From NCBI GenBank assembly GCA_020891255.1, contig BQFW01000012.1:1798001-1862000 (forward strand): a stretch of 64,000 nt of DNA, given 5' to 3'. Origin of the DNA: Entomortierella parvispora E1425 (lineage: Eukaryota; Fungi; Mortierellomycota). Below, in pieces: positions 13,181 to 25,996 of the stretch. The notes beneath the pieces were generated by a model. It saw only the letters and a list, made by a program, of their open reading frames with translations, made no database searches and had not been told where the DNA came from. Positions within the stretch are counted from its first letter, which is position 1, and the number at the start of each line of letters is the position of its first letter. The position numbers were made by a program, and so were the translations under genes.

Positions 13181-14867
13181 AAACTGTTGACTCGCAAAGA
13201 CACTTGCGTGATTAAAGAAGAAATAAAAGAACAAAAAAATTGTTGCATCAGGAACAAAGTGAACCGCAGGCGAGGTGTCTCATGGTCTCCCTCGATTCCT
13301 CCCTGTCTGTCGCCTTTTGTCTCAGGCATGTGCAAATGGGCAGTTTTGGTGTGGCGCGGACAAAAAAAAAAAAAAAAAAAAAAAAAGAGGTCAGGGTGCG
13401 TGGCTCCGGTGGAGAGGAAAGGCAGTGTCAGGATGCACTGACCATCAACAACGTCGTGAATAAGTACGACAAAAAAAAAAGGAAAAAGGTGGGCGCCCTT
13501 GTGTTTCGTCAGTTGGCGGAGAGGATGAAAGAGAGGAGAGAATGGACTTCCTTCCGACAAAGAGACCCCATCTTCCCCTTTCCCCCCTACCTCGATCCAT
13601 TCAAGATCATCCTCCTACTTTGTATTCCCAGAATACCCCAGGTTGGTCGCTCCTGCAGGCGAACTCTTGGGGCACAAGAAGTATTAGTGTTTGTGGGAAG
13701 GGGTTGTGAGATTAGACTGATAAAGAAAGAAAAAAAGAGAGGGAGGAAGACAAACAAAAGATAGTAAATTCGAACCTATAGATGCGACCAAGGCAGTCGG
13801 TGACCACAGCAAGAACATGGACAAGAGGTGGGCATGGACAAAGAGAGATCAAGAGAGATAACAAACTGAACTGCTTCAAACACACCCCATCCATCCACAC
13901 CGAGGGAGGGCTGACCTGACCACCTCATTCTCATCGACCCGAGATCGGCCTTGCGCAGGATTGTCATCTAAATGATGGCTCAGTCCAGTTGCAATATGAC
14001 AATATAAAAAAAACAAAATAAAAAAAAGGGTTCGCATAGTGCGAGAGCGCGTGCTTGTGTGAGCGTGCGGGCTGCGGGTGGTGGGGGATGATGAGGATGC
14101 CGATGATGCTGTCCTTTCAAGGCTATTTGAAGGGGCGAGAGCAAAGAGAGAGAGAGAGCAATGATGGCTCTGTCATCCCGTCCTCGATCGTGCGTGCGTG
14201 CGTCGGTCTGTTGCTTAGACAAACAACTGAGAGCTGGCTGGGCAAGATGAGACCGCGGAGCGAGAAAGATGACTTTCACCTGCAAATCGATCCGCGCGTG
14301 GGCGCGTGCAAAACAAGAAGCAAGGTGAGTGTGGATGGATGCATGCTTCGTTCATGCTTGCCTTGCTGCTCTGGGGGCGTGCCCTGTGTGTGGATGGCTG
14401 TCCTGGACCCTTTGCCCTCTTCTTCTTCTTTTCTTTCTCTCGTCTTTCCTCTTCACCCTCGCCCACTCACCTTCCACCTTCACCTTCACCAACGCATCCT
14501 AGTCCATTCATTCATTCTATTCATTCAAACAAACCATACACCCAAACCGCCCATTGCACCCCGAAGGATTGGCCCAATAGGTACCTCCTTGCTCTCGTTA
14601 TTCGCTCCTCCTTTCCCTTCGCTGTTCTCTCCTGTCTTCTCCTCAATTCATTTCGCGCCCTCGTTACATTCTCTTGCTCGTTCCTCCCAATCTTTCGATT
14701 GCCCCTCCCCGGCCTCAACAGGCAATCACTCCTCCGCCTAACCCCCTCCCCTTGCCCAGGTCCATCCAACTCACCTTCACCTTCCTCCACTTTCTGCTTG
14801 CTCTCTCTCTTTTTCCTAAAGCGAACAGACCGCATTTAGCCAACAACAAGGGATCCAGCAGTTCGTC

Positions 14868-17800
14868 ATGACAAACCAGCCCATCTCTGTCTCGATTGCG
14901 ACGCCTTTCAACTCAGAGTTCTCGTTGGCGTCTCTTGCAGAGTCGGCCCTTGACGAGCACGAGCACGAGCACGCACGTCCCTCTTCCCCCACTTCAGACT
15001 CGATTATCGTCAAAAAGACCAACCGCTTTTCTTCAGACCAAGGATACCATTCAGGCACATCCGGTTCCAGTACTGTTTCGGACGAAGACATGCCTTTGAC
15101 CTATTCCAAGCACCACAGCGGAGGCACTGCCACCAGGACCATCCTTTCTTCCAGCACTTTTACTTCTTCCTCATCAACAACCACAGCAGCAGAGGTATCA
15201 ATGGCTTCGCCGCCTGTCAGTCCCCTCTCGACTTCAAGCAGCCACCACAGTCAATTCCCTACTGATGACGCTGACGCTGACGAAAACAACAACAACAGCG
15301 TCAGCACAAGTAACCACACAGACATGGCTTCCCCCCTGCCCACATTTGTGTTGCAAACATCATCCGTGTCGCAGGATTTTACCTCAGCACCGCAGGACTC
15401 GACCTCAACGCAGCAGGATGCGAACCACACGACCTTTTCCGACACTGTCCAGATCATGGGTATCTCAGACTCTGCAACGATTGTCGTGCATGATGAGGAG
15501 GTCAGCAACAGCGGCGGCAGCGGCAGTAGTGGAACAGATGCGGGCCAGGACAGTGACAGAGACAGTCATTCAGAGGGCCAGCAGAATCAGCCGCGTTATC
15601 TGGACCCGAACAGTAACAATGGCCAGAGCCAGAGCCAGAACCAAGTCCACAACCATATCCGTGCCCGCACGGTCTCCGGGTCAGACACTGACAACATTGA
15701 CCGAGAGCGTGATTTTCGAACGGACAGGGAGGCAACCACGCCGACTTTGGAGGAGATGGGACTCGGAGGACTGGACGAGCTAGGACTCCGGGTACTGCTC
15801 CACAACGCCTTTGAGGTCATACAAGAAAAGGAACGAGGTATGTCTGTCTCAAAGTTCTGCTTTGTTCAAGCTTCCCAAACGCCTTCGCGTTCATTTCGCG
15901 GTTGTTATTCGTCGTTGTCCTGGATCGTCTCAAGTCTCACCCTGGATTCTCTTGTCTTTGCGTATGTTTGTAGATCTAGATATGGCTGCTGTGATGGGTC
16001 AGGACCTTGTCGAGACCAATGCATCCCTGAAGGCCAAGCTCGAGCACATCCTGACACAGCTTCGACAACAGCGTGTACACCGTACCCGCCAACTGACCCC
16101 GCCTAGGACCATCATTCTCTCGCCTCCACCTGAACTGCCTATTGGAAGTGTCTTGAGCATGGATGGTGCTGATGATGAAGGCGGCAACAGTGGAGACGAA
16201 AACTGGGTAGATGATTACGAGCCCTCTCGTTCATTACTCCATGTCGCCTCCTCGCCATCTTCTTCTGGAGCTGCCTCGTCTTCCTTCAGTCATCCAAACT
16301 CACCCTCGGCCGTAGGAGGATTTACCCACCACCATCACCATAACATCTCGTTCCGACGCAGCACAAGTCATAGCGGAATATTGCGATCGCGCTCTCGACA
16401 GGATATTGAAAAGCTGGCTACACTCGAAGATCTCAACTCAGAGCTGCAGGCCAAAGTGGATGCAACCACCAAGGAGTTGAAGCAAGGAAAGAGACAGGCG
16501 TTCAAACGTTACCGCAAAACCGAAAAGGAACTGAAGGCTGTCAAGGACGAGTTGGAACGGACGACAGTCAAGGTGGTTGACTTGGAGGAGCAAAACGGAC
16601 GGTTGATCGAGGCCAGCAAAACGCTGAGGCTGCGGAGGATCCAACTCAAGAACCAGCTGCCTGCCCCAGGATCAATCCCTGGATCTACTATGGTCGCTAT
16701 GGCCGTGGAGATGCAAGGAGATGACATGACGCTCCAAGAAATGTTGGCAGAGGATAACAGGATCTTTGAGGAACTTCGGGATCGACTCCAATCTTTGGAC
16801 CGGAAGAATGCCCAGCTCGCACATCAGAAAGCCGAGTCTGACAAGAGGGCCCAGCAGTCGGCACAGGATTTGGCAGATGTGCGAGCAGATAACGAGGATC
16901 TGTTGACGAATCTGTGCGGATATTCTGATCTCCGGAGCAAGTATGAGGAGCAATCGGCGCATGTGGCTGAGCTGGAAAACACTATCAAGGAGCTTCAGAA
17001 CACGATCAGTATCAACGCAGCAAGGCTATCTCAGATGAACTCGCCAATGTTGTCGCCAATGGTGCCCTCGAGCCCTGTCCAGGCTGTTTGGAGACGAGAT
17101 GATGCTGACTTTAAGGCTCTGAAGACCATTCTGCATGGATCGAGCCCTGGTCCTATGGCGCCTCTCAGATCTCCTGGGTTGAATGGTCAACGCCGTCCTC
17201 GTCGCACACTTTTGGCAGAGCTTGAATCAGAGTGGTTCAGAGATGTGTCGTTCTTTGGGCCGCCTCGTGTGGCAGAGCAGCCACAAAATACCATCCCGAC
17301 AATTCACATGGACAGCGATGGCGTTAACGGAGGTCACCAACACCGTAGCAACAAGAGAGCTATCAAGAACCACCGCCACGAGTCAGAGTCCGAGTTCTTT
17401 ACGGATGACACTGGTGGACGTGTCAAGGGCTGGCGTCAGCGTGTCCAGGATCTGGACTACTCGGATGAGGCTTGTGAATCTTCGAGCTGTGTGAGAAAGC
17501 AGCGCAGTGGTCGAGTCCAGCGTCGACACCGATTCAAGTTTGCTGGAGAGAGTGATACGGACCATCATGATCAGACTCAAGGAGAGGACAGCGATGTGGA
17601 GCGGTATCAGCTCCGTAGAAGAGGCAACCGTCGTCGTCGCCGTCGCTCCAGTGGATCGAACTCAGGATCGGTCTTTGGATCGGAGGATGATCCTTTCGAG
17701 GTGGACGATGGACAGCTTTCCGACTGCTCTTGCTCCGATCCAGAGCATGACCACGTATCCCGACCCGACTCTCCTGGATGCTGCTGTCATCTCTATGAGG

Positions 17801-18114
17801 ACGAGTACAGCGGCTACTCTTCCTTTGATGATGACAACATGCACATGCTGCACGACCGTGATGAGGAAGAGAGTGTCATTGGCTGGGCTCACTTTGAGGA
17901 TTACGACGCGTCCTCTCTTGGTTATGACCAGAAGCGCGACGGCTATTATTTGGGTCGACGACCTCGTCGGGGTATCATCGGCATGATCCAGAGCGTGTTT
18001 TTGCTCGTGCGATTGATCTGGCGCTGGTGTCGGTTCATTGGCATCCTATCGACTGCCCTGGGTATTGCCATCTACCGTGGTCCAGATGCTCTCTTGACCG
18101 ATGGCCATTACTAA
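14868..18114 (+). CDS. Coiled-coil protein with a CC1-box-like motif and C-terminal hydrophobic anchor; putative motor cargo adaptor
   Basis: Exons 14868-15837 and 15974-18114. Ser-rich disordered N-terminus, spliced motif EKERDLDMAAVMGQDLVETN, heptad coiled coil at about 16410-17035, TLLAELE motif, and hydrophobic C-terminus VFLLVRLIWRWCRFIGILSTALGIAIY. The gene is clear; the function is inferred. Confidence 0.8.
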
Positions 18115-18431
18115 GAGGCTTTGTTCTTCCCTTTTTCCATATCGAGTTTTTGTTCTTGTTCTGATTTATACCCATTTTTTTTCTCTCTCTCTTCTCTTCC
18201 CTTGGTAATGAATGACCTTTCCTCAAAATATTCATGACTGAGAGGTTGTTTATCACTTCTCACTATCTATAATGATCCCCTCCCTGTTCTCTTGACAACT
18301 CTCCTTTACTCAATGCATTTTCAACCAGCCCATACACAGAAACAAAACACAAAAAAGTGGCAAAATAAACTTGTTTTTATTAGTGGTATGTTGTAGTATG
18401 ATATAGACATGGGCGTTCCTTCTCGCCATAT

Positions 18432-19897
18432 TTAAGCGGACACCTTCTTGGAGGAGCGCTTCTTGGTGCTTGAGGAAGACTTCTTGGTCTTGGTGACGTT
18501 GGTGACGGGTGCTTCCTCGACAACGGGCTTCTTCAAGGTACCATCGGCGTTCAAGTGAGGATATCTGGAAGGATCGCTGGAGTAGCTGGATCCGCCCGAG
18601 AAGAGGTTGAAGACGACACCGGACAAGGAGCCGGCCATGATGTAAACCATCCACTTACTATTGGTCGCAACAAGAAAATATTCGCTGTCAAAACAATGTT
18701 CACATCCAAACGGGCAACCAAAGACAAACGAGATCAAAAGAATCGACTTACGGCATCCAGGAGGTGTACTGGCCCATCCACTCCATGCCTTCAGCGTACT
18801 TCTCGAACCAGACGGACCTGTTGGATTAAAAAATAATAATATGATAATGGTCAGCAAAAGCATGCCTACAGAGGAGCATGAATGCGAACAAGGGCAAGTT
18901 TGTTTTTCTTACAGCTTGGAGTAAGGGCTCATAGGTCCGTCCAAGATAGGGTACATCTTGTATTTTTCTTCCTCGATGAACTCAACCAAGAACTGGGTGT
19001 CGTTTCTCTGGTAGGGGATCTGACGGACTGTGAAATCAGGTTTGAAAAGTGAAGGATAACAAGAGTCAATACGAGAAAAGAACAGGGCGGCACGCGACTA
19101 GTCAAAAAAAAAAAAAAAAAGGATGAAGGTGTCCCAACTTACATTCACCATCCTTGGCATAGATGACATAAGGAAGACGGGCAGGGACAAAGAAGCGAGC
19201 GGCAACGCGGGCGCTGTCCTCGACCCAGACAGCCGAGAACTTTGTGGTGGTCTCGTTCTTCATCGTGATAGCAGCATCGACAAAGGTAGGGAAGTAGTCG
19301 GCGCAGGGGGCGCTGGTAGCTGAGCAACTGTTTCAAGAGGACAAGAAAGTTTTTTATCGTTAGAGAAGGTTCTGACGGTCATTTTTCCATGGCTTTTCTT
19401 CTTTCATTTTCAGGAGTCGAATTCCCTTCTCCCAAGCGTAAAAGTGTCAGTCCGAACTTTTCAGTTCCTTGTTCCTGCGACTGATCCCTTCCATTGTACC
19501 CATCAATCCAATACCTCCTCTTGCCAGCGTCGATCCTTGAAGCTTCCTCGACGCATTCCTTCTTTCCTGAATAGAATCCTATCCATGACATCAAGAGTAG
19601 CAGTTCAACTTACAAGGTGATGATCCACTCGTCCTCAAAGATGGTCTCTTTGTAGTTGACGTCTGTCACGTTGAAGATGTGTCCCTCGGGGTCAGCCTCA
19701 AAGATTGGTGGTGGTGTGCCTCCGAGGACGATGGCCTTGCCGATCTGGAAGAGTCCCTTAAGGCCACCGCCCTCCTTGGCGGCCTCCCTTTGAGCAGCAG
19801 CAGCAGCAGCCTCTTCTTCGCCGTACTGGGCAGCGGCGGGGGAGGTCAAGAGGGCGACGGTGGCAACGAAGGCCAGTGTTGACTTGAGGAACTTCAT
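18432..19897 (-). CDS. Thioredoxin-fold type I membrane protein (TMX-like) with signal peptide
   Basis: Exons 19897-19614, 19327-19143, 19027-18913, 18817-18752, 18657-18432. Signal peptide MKFLKSTLAFVATVALLTSPAAA, Trx-like segment EWIITFCSATSAPCADYFPTF...LPYVIYAKDGEFR, C-terminal TM segment and Lys/Ser-rich tail. Confidence 0.75.
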
Positions 19898-20846
19898 GTA
19901 TATGAAATGTGTGAGTATACGGAGGGGAGAATGAAGGAAGAGTGATGAGGATGGGAGAAGAGAAGAGAGATGAGAAGAAAGAAAGAAAGAAAGATGAGGG
20001 CGGAAAAAAAAGAAGGAAAGAGGCGTGAGTGGACACAGGGCGATCAAGACTGTGACCGGGCGGATCTCATTGGTCCAGCGAATAAGGCACCGTGTGCGAG
20101 GGGAAAGAGCAAAGGACGGACCAACTGGGCGCCTTCTTTTTCTTGTTCGTTCTCGTTCTCGGTGCCTGTCTGTTTGTTGTTGGTTCCCATCAGGGTGGCT
20201 ATCTTTCTCTCTTTCTCTCGTCTCATTCATGAACATGAACATGCGCTCACGCCCGCTCACAGAACAAGAGGCCAAAGTCGATAAAAGGATGGTCCCTCGG
20301 ATGGTTTGTTTCTTGTTCGTTCCATCGTGTTCTATATTGCATCGATCATCCATCCTCTGAAAGTGAGTACAGAACAGACAAGCTTGTTTGTTTGTCCTTG
20401 TCCGTGAAGAACAGGACAGGACCGGCCGTGAGAGCGCTGCTGGTTGCGTGTCTTCAGAGCAAGCAAGCACACCACTCACCAACTCTCTTTGTTCTTGCAG
20501 AGAGAAAGGATCGCCTTCCCATTGGCCCGCCCCTCGCCGGTTGCACGCACCGAATGAACGCAAATTGGATTTGCATGCAAACACGCAACCCTCTTTTTGG
20601 GCCTTTGTTCCCTGGCCTTCTCTCATTTATCCATCCTTTTGCGATAGCGTCTGTCTCGACTCTTGAGTGCCTTTGTTCTCGTTTCCCACAGTCCACTGTC
20701 ACCTGCCTGGGCCACACCTGCTCACATTGAGCTCTCTTCTCTCCAACTCTCTTTGGCCTTTGCTTGCTCTCAACAAATAAGCATTCAATTGCTGGGAAAC
20801 CATCTCCTTTGCTTGCTTGACCTACTTTATCTTTTGGACTACAAAC

Positions 20847-22394
20847 ATGCCTTTCGTTGCCTTGGGCTCCAACGGAAACGGACAGCTCGGCATCGGATCC
20901 GACGAGGACACGCCTCGGCCTGCCTGCGTCACCGCGAGTCAAAACGATGAACTTTTGGTCGGTGCACATTCGGCAGCGACATTGTCCACTTCTCCTTTCC
21001 ATGCCTTTGCCGCCGGTGGAAATCATTCTGCCATCATCACGCGCGCCCCAAGTCGGCGCTTGTTCATGACCGGATCGAACAAGGATGGCGAAACTCTCTT
21101 TCAAGTGGCTTCATTTATTTTTCAGGCACACGACATTGAACCCGACAAGCAACAGGATCCACCTTCGCGACTGAATCAGCATCCGATTCCAGACATTGAT
21201 CCTCAGAATCAACACATTGGTGACAAGAGTCTACACTCGTGGCGTGCTGTGGCCTGTGGATGGGCCTTCACCGTGGCCATAACAGAGCCTGTTTTTGACG
21301 AGGGGCTGGGCCACAGCAGTCGCGAACGCGCGCAGGATCGACCCCAAGTCTTTGCATGGGGATCGGGCTCTTTTGGCGAGCTGGGTCTTGGTCCAGGCAT
21401 CTCCAAGACAGGGCGGAAGGCGATCCCGGTCACACTGGACACAGATCTCTGGAGCAAGGAGGGCGTCGCCGTAGCGTATGAGGCCACTCAGATCAGAGCA
21501 GGTCTTCGACACGTCCTTTTGCTTTTGACAGAGTCGACTGCATCATCAAATGCCGGTGAGAAGAAGAGGACATTGCTGTTGGGTTGGGGATCCAATCGAC
21601 AAGGCCAGCTTGGAATCTTGGAGCGGAGAGGACAAGGCCAACAACAGCCACCACTGGCTGAAAAGGAGCTTCGTGGCAAATTCATGGAGCCAGCTCGGAT
21701 ACTCCTGCCTATTTCGCCAGCACCGTCGATAAATGATACCCCAACAGTGGTGGACATGGCCTGCGGGCAGAATCATTCGCTGGTTTTGTTGTCGGATGGA
21801 TCAGTTTATTCATCGGGCTTGGACAAGTACGGTCAACTCGGACCAAGGGAGGTTTCAGGAACGGGCCGGCCCCCATCCCAGGCGTCAGGTTCAAAGACTG
21901 ATTTCAGGATTGGATTTGAGAGGGTTCAAGGCCTGCCCCCTGTGGACTTGATCTCGTGCGGTTGGAATCATAACGGAGCCATGAACAGTCAAGATCGAAC
22001 CCGGCTCTATCTCTGGGGCCGAAATGACCATGGGCAGTTGGGAAATGGCACAACTTTGGCTGCCATTACGACATCCGATAGTTCGGCCATTGTTGTTGTG
22101 CGGATACCCAAGTCCGAACAGCCGGATTCGCCTGACAAGGAATTTGAAGAGATCGAGTCATTCAGCTGTGGATCCGAGCATTGCTTGGCTATGACTCGAT
22201 CAGGCGATTGCTACGCGTGGGGTTGGAACGAGCATGGCAATTGTGGGACAGGACCCGAAGGTGTGGACGATCGCCTGGATGTTCTCTCGCCCCGTAAAAT
22301 CCACCTTTCTACATCAACCTCAAACCCGCCATCATCATCTGCATCAGGCTGGGTCGCGGGCGGATACGGCTCATCATGGATCGTATTTCCTTAG
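20847..22394 (+). CDS. ATS1: RCC1-repeat protein Ats1/Kti13 (SERGEF-like), an Elongator/diphthamide cofactor
   Basis: Intronless. Starts MPFVALGSNGNGQLGIGSDED, resembling the yeast Ats1 N-terminus. Multiple RCC1 blades (VACGWAFT, AWGSGSFGELG, WGSNRQGQLG, WGRNDHGQLG, CGSEHC, WGWNEHGNCG). Confidence 0.8.
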   Translation: MPFVALGSNGNGQLGIGSDEDTPRPACVTASQNDELLVGAHSAATLSTSPFHAFAAGGNHSAIITRAPSRRLFMTGSNKDGETLFQVASFIFQAHDIEPDKQQDPPSRLNQHPIPDIDPQNQHIGDKSLHSWRAVACGWAFTVAITEPVFDEGLGHSSRERAQDRPQVFAWGSGSFGELGLGPGISKTGRKAIPVTLDTDLWSKEGVAVAYEATQIRAGLRHVLLLLTESTASSNAGEKKRTLLLGWGSNRQGQLGILERRGQGQQQPPLAEKELRGKFMEPARILLPISPAPSINDTPTVVDMACGQNHSLVLLSDGSVYSSGLDKYGQLGPREVSGTGRPPSQASGSKTDFRIGFERVQGLPPVDLISCGWNHNGAMNSQDRTRLYLWGRNDHGQLGNGTTLAAITTSDSSAIVVVRIPKSEQPDSPDKEFEEIESFSCGSEHCLAMTRSGDCYAWGWNEHGNCGTGPEGVDDRLDVLSPRKIHLSTSTSNPPSSSASGWVAGGYGSSWIVFP

Positions 22395-23635
22395 AGTTAT
22401 TAAATCGTACAATCGCAACCATCTCTCATGGCCCTTGTTCGTCTCTTCAAAGTCTTGGGTAACGGCTGGAGGACTTCTTGCCAGTCAAGCCATGCCTATC
22501 TCTCTATGATCTACGAAACAAATATGTTCTTCAGCAATGGATTAGACTGGTGCTTTTCATTTTTTATTCATTTGACCAAGTTTTGTTGGTTGAAAGAGCT
22601 TTGTTCACTTAAACTCGGCCTCAAGCGTCTTGAACACGCCTCAAAAATGGCGATAAGTAGCAGTGGCTTGTTATAAGACTGTCCAAGTTCAGTGCTTCCA
22701 TTGTCGCAGGTGAGGGGTTTCTTGCAACTAAGTGCGTTCAATATCCCATGAAGCAAACAATTGCTCGAAGGGTAATTCGCTCCTTCTTGCTGGAAGAAAG
22801 TCGAATCAGGAACGGAAGACTGTTTTCTAATGCTCGCGCAACTATATATAATCGCGATGGGTCTTGGACCTTTGTTGAGTTGCATGTCAATATTGGACTG
22901 GCACCATCACCATCCTATCCGTAAAGACGAAAGATCTTTTTCAGTGCAAAAGAATAAGCTGCCAAAGAGGCTGGAAAAAAACGCACTGCCGCCTTTACCT
23001 TTCTGTTTGCTGACTGACATCCAGAGGTAGGACCGTAGGTCAGATTTTTTTCATGACAGCAGACTGACCATTTATCAAGTCAGTCTTGCCTCCATACGAT
23101 GGGCAGATGGGATGGGATTGATGTAGTCCATGCTATTAAAGCGGCCCTTCAGTTGGGAGCCGAGTTCCGATCTCGCTGCCCCATGTAAGAACAATGGAAT
23201 CACCGTGGTCTTTGTTCATTGTGTATGATAATGGTCCAGGATGGTCTACATCAGGCCTTGGTGGCCTCAGTTCTTCCATCACCGCCTTTGTGGATGATGT
23301 CAGCACCGCTAGGGTAAGAACCCTCTGGAAACACCAATGAATATTCGGCGAAGAAGAACCTTTTGCTGCCGCTTGCACAAGTATCTACTCTGGAGATGAC
23401 TTTCGGTAGCACACCTGTGCGAATAGCCGGCTTTGAAGATATCTCTCAGGCAACATCTAAAAGTCCTTTCGTCAGTAGCCTTTCTCTCTCTCTCTCTCTT
23501 TCTCTAATTGACCTTATGATGAAGTTTTTATATTCTACGGATCAAATATCTGCTTCAGCAACGGGCTCGAGAGCTGAGTGTTTTCATGTTTATTCATTTG
23601 ACCAAGTCTTGCTAGTTTTCAGATGCTTGTTCACT

Positions 23636-24780
23636 CTAAGCTTCCTTTGCTGCCCCAGCAGCTTCTTGTTTTGCAATAATGGCCTTGGCCTTAACCTCCC
23701 AGCCTTGAGCCTGAGTAGTGCTGTTCTCCTTGTCAAAGTATGGCTTCTCGCCCGAGACGGTGACACGGACTCCACGGCGTAAGAAGGGGGAAAAGTCCGG
23801 GATTCCGGTGTGGTAGGTGGAGCGGTTGTCCCAGATGGCTACACTGTTCTTCTCCCAACGGAAGCGCACCTGGTATTGCAATTTCTGGACGACGAGGTTG
23901 TTGAGGTAGTCCAAAATCCACTTTGATTCTGAAGCAGTGACGCCGTTGATCTCTCGGGTGAAGACTGGGTTGGTATAGATAGACTTGTGGCCTGTGACAG
24001 GGTTGGTGCGAACGACGGGGTGCACGGAATCGTTTAATTTTCCAAAAGTCTTGCGGCCAGTGCTTTGGGTCAAGACTTTGAAGATATCGGAGGAGTGGGT
24101 GGCGGTCAGGCCCTCGAGGAAGGCCTGGACTGCAGGGGAAAGCTCGTCATAGAGAGTACGGGCATCGGACCAGATGGTATCGCCACCCGACTCTGGGATC
24201 TCTTCGAATTTAAGGATTGAGAAAGAGGCCGGGGCTGGCTCGAACGAGACGTCCGAGTGCCATGAGTCGTTGGTATTGAATCGGGTAGGAGGGCTAAAAA
24301 GGATGGGTTGTGTGTTTAGTGACAAGTCAAAGTAGTAGCAGCAACTGGAAGAGCTGGGAGCACAGTTCTGACGTCTTACCTCAGACGAGAGTCCAAGACA
24401 ATGACCTCGGGGTTATCCTGGTTATGAGGCACCAAAGGGTGGATATGAAGGGGACCCCAGCGCTTGCCCAGTTTGACCTGTTCTGAGTTATCCAAGTCAT
24501 CTTGGTCTCTGAAAAAGACAACACCTCGCTCGGCGATCAAGGCCGCCAACTCCTCGGCCTGATCCTCGGTCAATTGCGACAGTTGAATGCCGTGCAATTC
24601 AGTACCGATCTTGGGCGAGTAGTCAATTCTCTTGGTCACGGCCGAGAGCAAGGCTTTCTTCTCGGGATCTGCACCCTTGCCAGCAACACGGGTGGCAAAG
24701 GTGTTGCGGTCCGTCAGCGACTGATCTTGCTCGCCTGCGGAGACGACAATGCTGTTTTCGGCAACGATGGAAGGGGCCAT
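23636..24780 (-). CDS. Fe(II)/2-oxoglutarate dioxygenase, TauD/TfdA (Jlp1-like) family, copy 1
   Basis: Exons 24780-24380 and 24293-23636. ERGVVFFRDQ, WHSDVSFE (HxD), GGDTIW, HPVVRTNPVTG, WDNRSTYH. Confidence 0.95.
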
Positions 24781-25996
24781 GGTGCTAGTTATCGAGTGTT
24801 ATTGGAAGGGGTGGGTAGGTTGTTGTTGTTGATAGGGATCGGGAGGGGTGTAAAGGAGAGGCTTTCTTTTTCTTTTGCAGAGTTAGCACGTTGAGAGTGA
24901 ATCGGGTATGAGCTTGTGGAGGGAACAAAAAAACAAATCTGATCGTGCCTCCAGAGGTTTTTATACCAAGGAAATGAATAGAGAGTCCCTCCCCCGAGCA
25001 CGACATTTGTTGCTAAAATGGTCGCCATTCCCTCCCCATGTGTTTCCCGAAACCGGGTGAAAGGGATGGCGAAAAGGCCACAAACAAAAAAAGAGTGTTT
25101 GGTTTGTTCTTGCGAAGAGACACTCGGTGGGCACAGGAGGAAGAGCCATTTTGAGTGGGGAAGGGGTGCGTGCCCGTGCTGGAGGGTGCTGTGCTCACGG
25201 ATATCACGACAAAAGGGGGGAAAGCAGGCACGCTCTGCCCTGCCTTTCGTGAAAAAGGTACTGTACACCTGGGTAGCGCCAAAAAAAAACGCCATCGCAC
25301 GATGATATTCGCCCGCACAACCCGCATGCAGTCAGGTCTGCTTTAGCGGAGAAATGTTGACCAAGGATTGGCGAAAATCGCGTAATTTCTGTCCTACCAA
25401 AGGGTTTTGAGCAGAGGCGCGTCTGTCTGCACTCTGTGCCTTTGAGAGAGCAGCGCAAGTGGTGCCACAACCCAAAAAAAAAGTCACCAAGATTTTGTCG
25501 ATCCCCCCTGCCTACCGCTCTTCTTGGATCTGATAGTCCGAGGGGCAGTATCCCTGGAACAAAACAAAACAATCCAGTTCCAAGAGCGCGGGACAAAACA
25601 AGGGACAAGCGAGATAAATTGACACGTCAACTATCGAAGCTCTTGAACCACTCATGTTGGTTGGTCTCCGTGTCGATCCACAAGACCTGGAGAACCAAGT
25701 CTTCTTTGTATGAGACACGCTTCTCTCTGGATGATAAGCAGGTGCAAATAACAAACATGCAAAAAAGATGACGAGAGACAGGCTGACAGTCCAAAGCCAA
25801 GAAACGCAGCATTTTTTTTTGGTCGCTTAGGCAATTTGAGCAAAGAAGAAAAGGAGTTTCCCATCCAGCAGATGAACCAGCATCCGCCAAACACGACCTC
25901 CTATCTTTTTTTTACTTGTCTACGGAAGGTTTCTATGACTTCAGGAACTAAATTGGCTATACAAAAAAGCATCACGCTGATGCCGCGTATGCTTGT

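Noticed and set aside
13177-14871. Multiple overlapping ORFs of 60-228 aa
   Set aside because: Derived from CT/GA-rich and poly(A) intergenic/UTR sequence, with no recognisable protein features or codon bias.
19898-20626. N-terminal extension of the 338-aa ORF 19610-20626
   Set aside because: Low-complexity promoter/UTR sequence. The signal peptide starts at ATG 19897.
22400-23630. Small ORFs between ATS1 and TauD1
   Set aside because: No homology recognisable, and the region is consistent with convergent 3' UTR and terminator sequence.
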